Below, piece by piece: positions 61,586-63,989 of a stretch of DNA of 63,989 nucleotides. The notes under the pieces are model-generated. The model had not been told where the DNA came from and searched no databases. It saw nothing but the letters and a program-made list of their open reading frames with translations. The DNA lies in the NCBI GenBank assembly GCA_034780895.1, contig JAUZTB010000027.1, positions 12,059,641 through 12,123,629 of the forward strand, given 5' to 3'. The position numbers and the translations under genes are program-made. The stretch comes from Rhynchobatus australiae (lineage: Eukaryota). Every line of letters begins with the position of its first letter. The first letter of the stretch is position 1.

Positions 61586-62644
61586 NNNNNNNNNNNNNNN
61601 NNNNNNNNNNNNNNNNNNNNNNNNNNNNNNNNNNNNNNNNNNNNNNNNNNNNNNNNNNNNNNNNNNNNNNNNNNNNNNNNNNNNNGAGAGTATAAGTACT
61701 AAACAACCTGCTTAAGTATCTGCAGTGAAGAACAATGATCCTTCCTTTGGTCTCCAGTGTGTTATGGTGAATCATCACTGTCTGCCTTCAGCTCTCTTCC
61801 TAAAGTGACTCACTAGGCCTGCTTTGTGGTTGTGCTATTGAATTTGCAACACTTGAGCCTGCCTTTACACTGGGCCTGATTTTAAGTTAAAGAAAAAGCA
61901 TTTACTAAAGTCATCACAAGACTCCCAGTGCAGGTTGTTTGCAGGGATACCTGTCTAATGATATTCCCTTGGTGCATGGACATTTCTTGGGAAGTAGCGA
62001 TTGTTAACTTTCCACAAGACAAATTCTTCAATCTTTAGTTAATGGGACTTGCAGCTACAGGTAGTGAAATGCTGTTCGGTCTGAGTGCTGAAATAACTGC
62101 AGGGGATTAATTCCATGGTCTGGGCGATGGAATGAATCCCCTGCAGTTATTTCAGCACCTTCCTCAGTACCTTTGTTTCATACTGTGGATCTTAGTGTTG
62201 AGGTTGGCTAGTCTCCTTCTGATCATAATGCAAACCCACAAAGTGTTGGTGAGGCTCACAGCTCCTCTCCTGCGCCATTCAACAATTCCCTTTTNNNNNN
62301 NNNNNNNNNNNNNNNNNNNNNNNNNNNNNNNNNNNNNNNNNNNNNNNNNNNNNNNNNNNNNNNNNNNNNNNNNNNNNNNNNNNNNNNNNNNNNNNNNNNN
62401 NNNNNNNNNNNNNNNNNNNNNNNNNNNNNNNNNNNNNNNNNNNNNNNNNNNNNNNNNNNNNNNNNNNNNNNNNNNNNNNNNNNNNNNNNNNNNNNNNAAG
62501 CTCGTCATCACACTGTAACAACATATCCTACCATCTTCTTTCCTCTCTAAAGCACACATGGTATTGCTTCAGCTAGTTCATAAGGTGGCAAGCCCCACAT
62601 TCTGATCATTCTTTTTCTGTAGAAGTCTTGTCAATTCCTCAGGT

Positions 62645-63065
62645 TCGTTCAAGTTTATTGTCATGGGCATACATACACAGTGTATAAATGCCATGAAAAT
62701 TAGCTCTTTGCAGCAGCAGCACAGTGCATCACCAATGTGACAAACATAAGTTAACATGAACTTAAATTAACAAATTATACATCACTTACATGACAAAATA
62801 AAATAATGACACTAGTGCAAGTTGAGAGAGAGAAAAAGAAATATAGTCCGGGGTAGAATTAGGGCTTTTCAGATCAGTTCAAGAACCTGATGGCAGTGGG
62901 GGGAGAAGCTGTTGTTGAACCTTGAGGTGTGGGTCTTCAGTGTCCTGTACCTCCTGCCTGACGGCAGCATGAAGAAGAGGGCATGGCCCAGATGGTGGTA
63001 CTGCCTTCCTGGGGCATCACCTCTTGTAGATGTCCTCGATGGTGGGAAAAGCTGTATCCATGGAC
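62645..63065 (-). mobile_element. LINE 3' fragment (Rex1/Babar-like)
   Basis: caagtttattgtcat tail and ORF-end remnant (ttcaagaacctgatggcagtggg..gaagctgttgttgaacctt..ctgtacctcctgcctgacggcagc), which reads LPSGRRYR...RFNNSF on the minus strand. Confidence 0.62.
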
Positions 63066-63210
63066 TTCCTTATTGGACTTTTTGGCGAAATGCTTATTCG
63101 TATGGCTCCAGGTTACCCTAATACATCACTTACATGACAAAATAAAATAATGACACTAGTGCAAGTTGAGAGAGAGAAACAGAAATATAGTCCGGGGTAG
63201 AATTAGGGCT
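62777..63210 (+). repeat. 90-bp direct repeat (62777-62866 and 63121-63210)
   Basis: atacatcacttacatgacaaaataaaataatgacactagtgcaagttgagagagagaaa(a/c)agaaatatagtccggggtagaattagggct occurs twice with one mismatch. Confidence 0.9.
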
Positions 63211-63989
63211 ACTACCGACATGACTTTTAGAGTGGGGTACGTGTACAATGTTAAAACATGTTGCCTGTCCGTGTACCACTTCATTGGAGATAAGGAAAAG
63301 GACAGGCTATGCTTAACAGTCTTTATTTGTGGCTGAATTATTCTGTTACTTCATCAGATCTTCTCTCATGTTTGGGAATGTTTCTTACAAACGTTCTAAG
63401 CAATCTTTGTCTTCGAGTGCTGTAGGCTCAGCTTGGTGCTCATCACGACTAGGCAGAAGCTGTGAGAGACACATGTTCTCCCAGCTGCAGAAACATTGAA
63501 TATGTAGGTCACACAGATCAGTCGTGTTAGTAAAATTGGAAATATGCAATACCTCACAAGGAAAATTTCAAGGCTCGAATAATCTCTAACCATCTATTGT
63601 AGGGTTTTAATATATTGGTACAGATATGCAGGTATTCTTGTACAATGATGCAAATGTACAAGATTAACTATTATCCCCCCGTCCCCATTATTTCAGTGAT
63701 AGCATCATTTTTGTTTCTTTTTCTCATTTGTTTAAACTATTATGTGACATCCTTGCCCAATCTGAAATCCTGTCTTACTTAAAATGGAAGCTTTTCCTTC
63801 TGTACATGCAGTATTATCTTCCCATTGTGAGTGTTAAGGTCAAATCCAGCCTCAGAAATCATCCAACAGTGACTTGTGCTACATCTTTAGTTGGTTTTGC
63901 CCAGAGTCATACTGAATTACATAATAAATCACTTCATGTTCAATTGAATTTCCTTTGTACTTTGAATGTGTGTCTGCTACAAACTCCCA

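Noticed and set aside
50600-63989. GCSH exons, expected from human synteny beyond C16orf46
   Set aside because: I found no GCSH-like peptide (e.g. ESVKAASE) in the ORF track or by eye. Short exons could be missed or fall in gaps, or the gene may lie outside the window, so neither presence nor loss is claimed.
1-63989. CRISPR arrays, operons or other prokaryotic systems
   Set aside because: The sequence is vertebrate with spliceosomal gene structure. The recurring 40-100 bp motifs are dispersed retroelement ends, not regularly spaced repeats.

Overview
Vertebrate genomic DNA from a draft assembly with many N gaps. It is most likely from a cartilaginous fish (shark/ray), inferred from HE1-like and SacSINE1-like SINEs and abundant CR1 and Penelope-like repeats. 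Four protein-coding genes are visible: (1) the large terminal coding exon of ATMIN/ASCIZ (+, 7630-9457); (2) a convergent two-coding-exon C16orf46 (DUF4529) homologue (-, 25969-25733 and 20762-19773), reproducing the human 16q23 ATMIN-C16orf46 arrangement; (3) an intronless MPLKIP/TTDN1 homologue (+, 30075-30689), head-to-head with C16orf46 on a shared CpG island carrying two RFX X-boxes and a perfect heat-shock element; (4) a single-coding-exon glycogen-targeting PP1 subunit of the PPP1R3D/E type (+, 49346-50233), which by position may be an ohnologue absent from mammals. The rest is intron, UTR and intergenic DNA rich in decayed retroelements. The most striking non-coding signal is a Penelope-like retroelement family whose terminus carries a minimal hammerhead-ribozyme motif (about ten degenerate copies) and which repeatedly forms inverted, fold-back derivatives. 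Family assignments and comparisons to human come from recalled motifs, not from database searches, and repeat boundaries are approximate.
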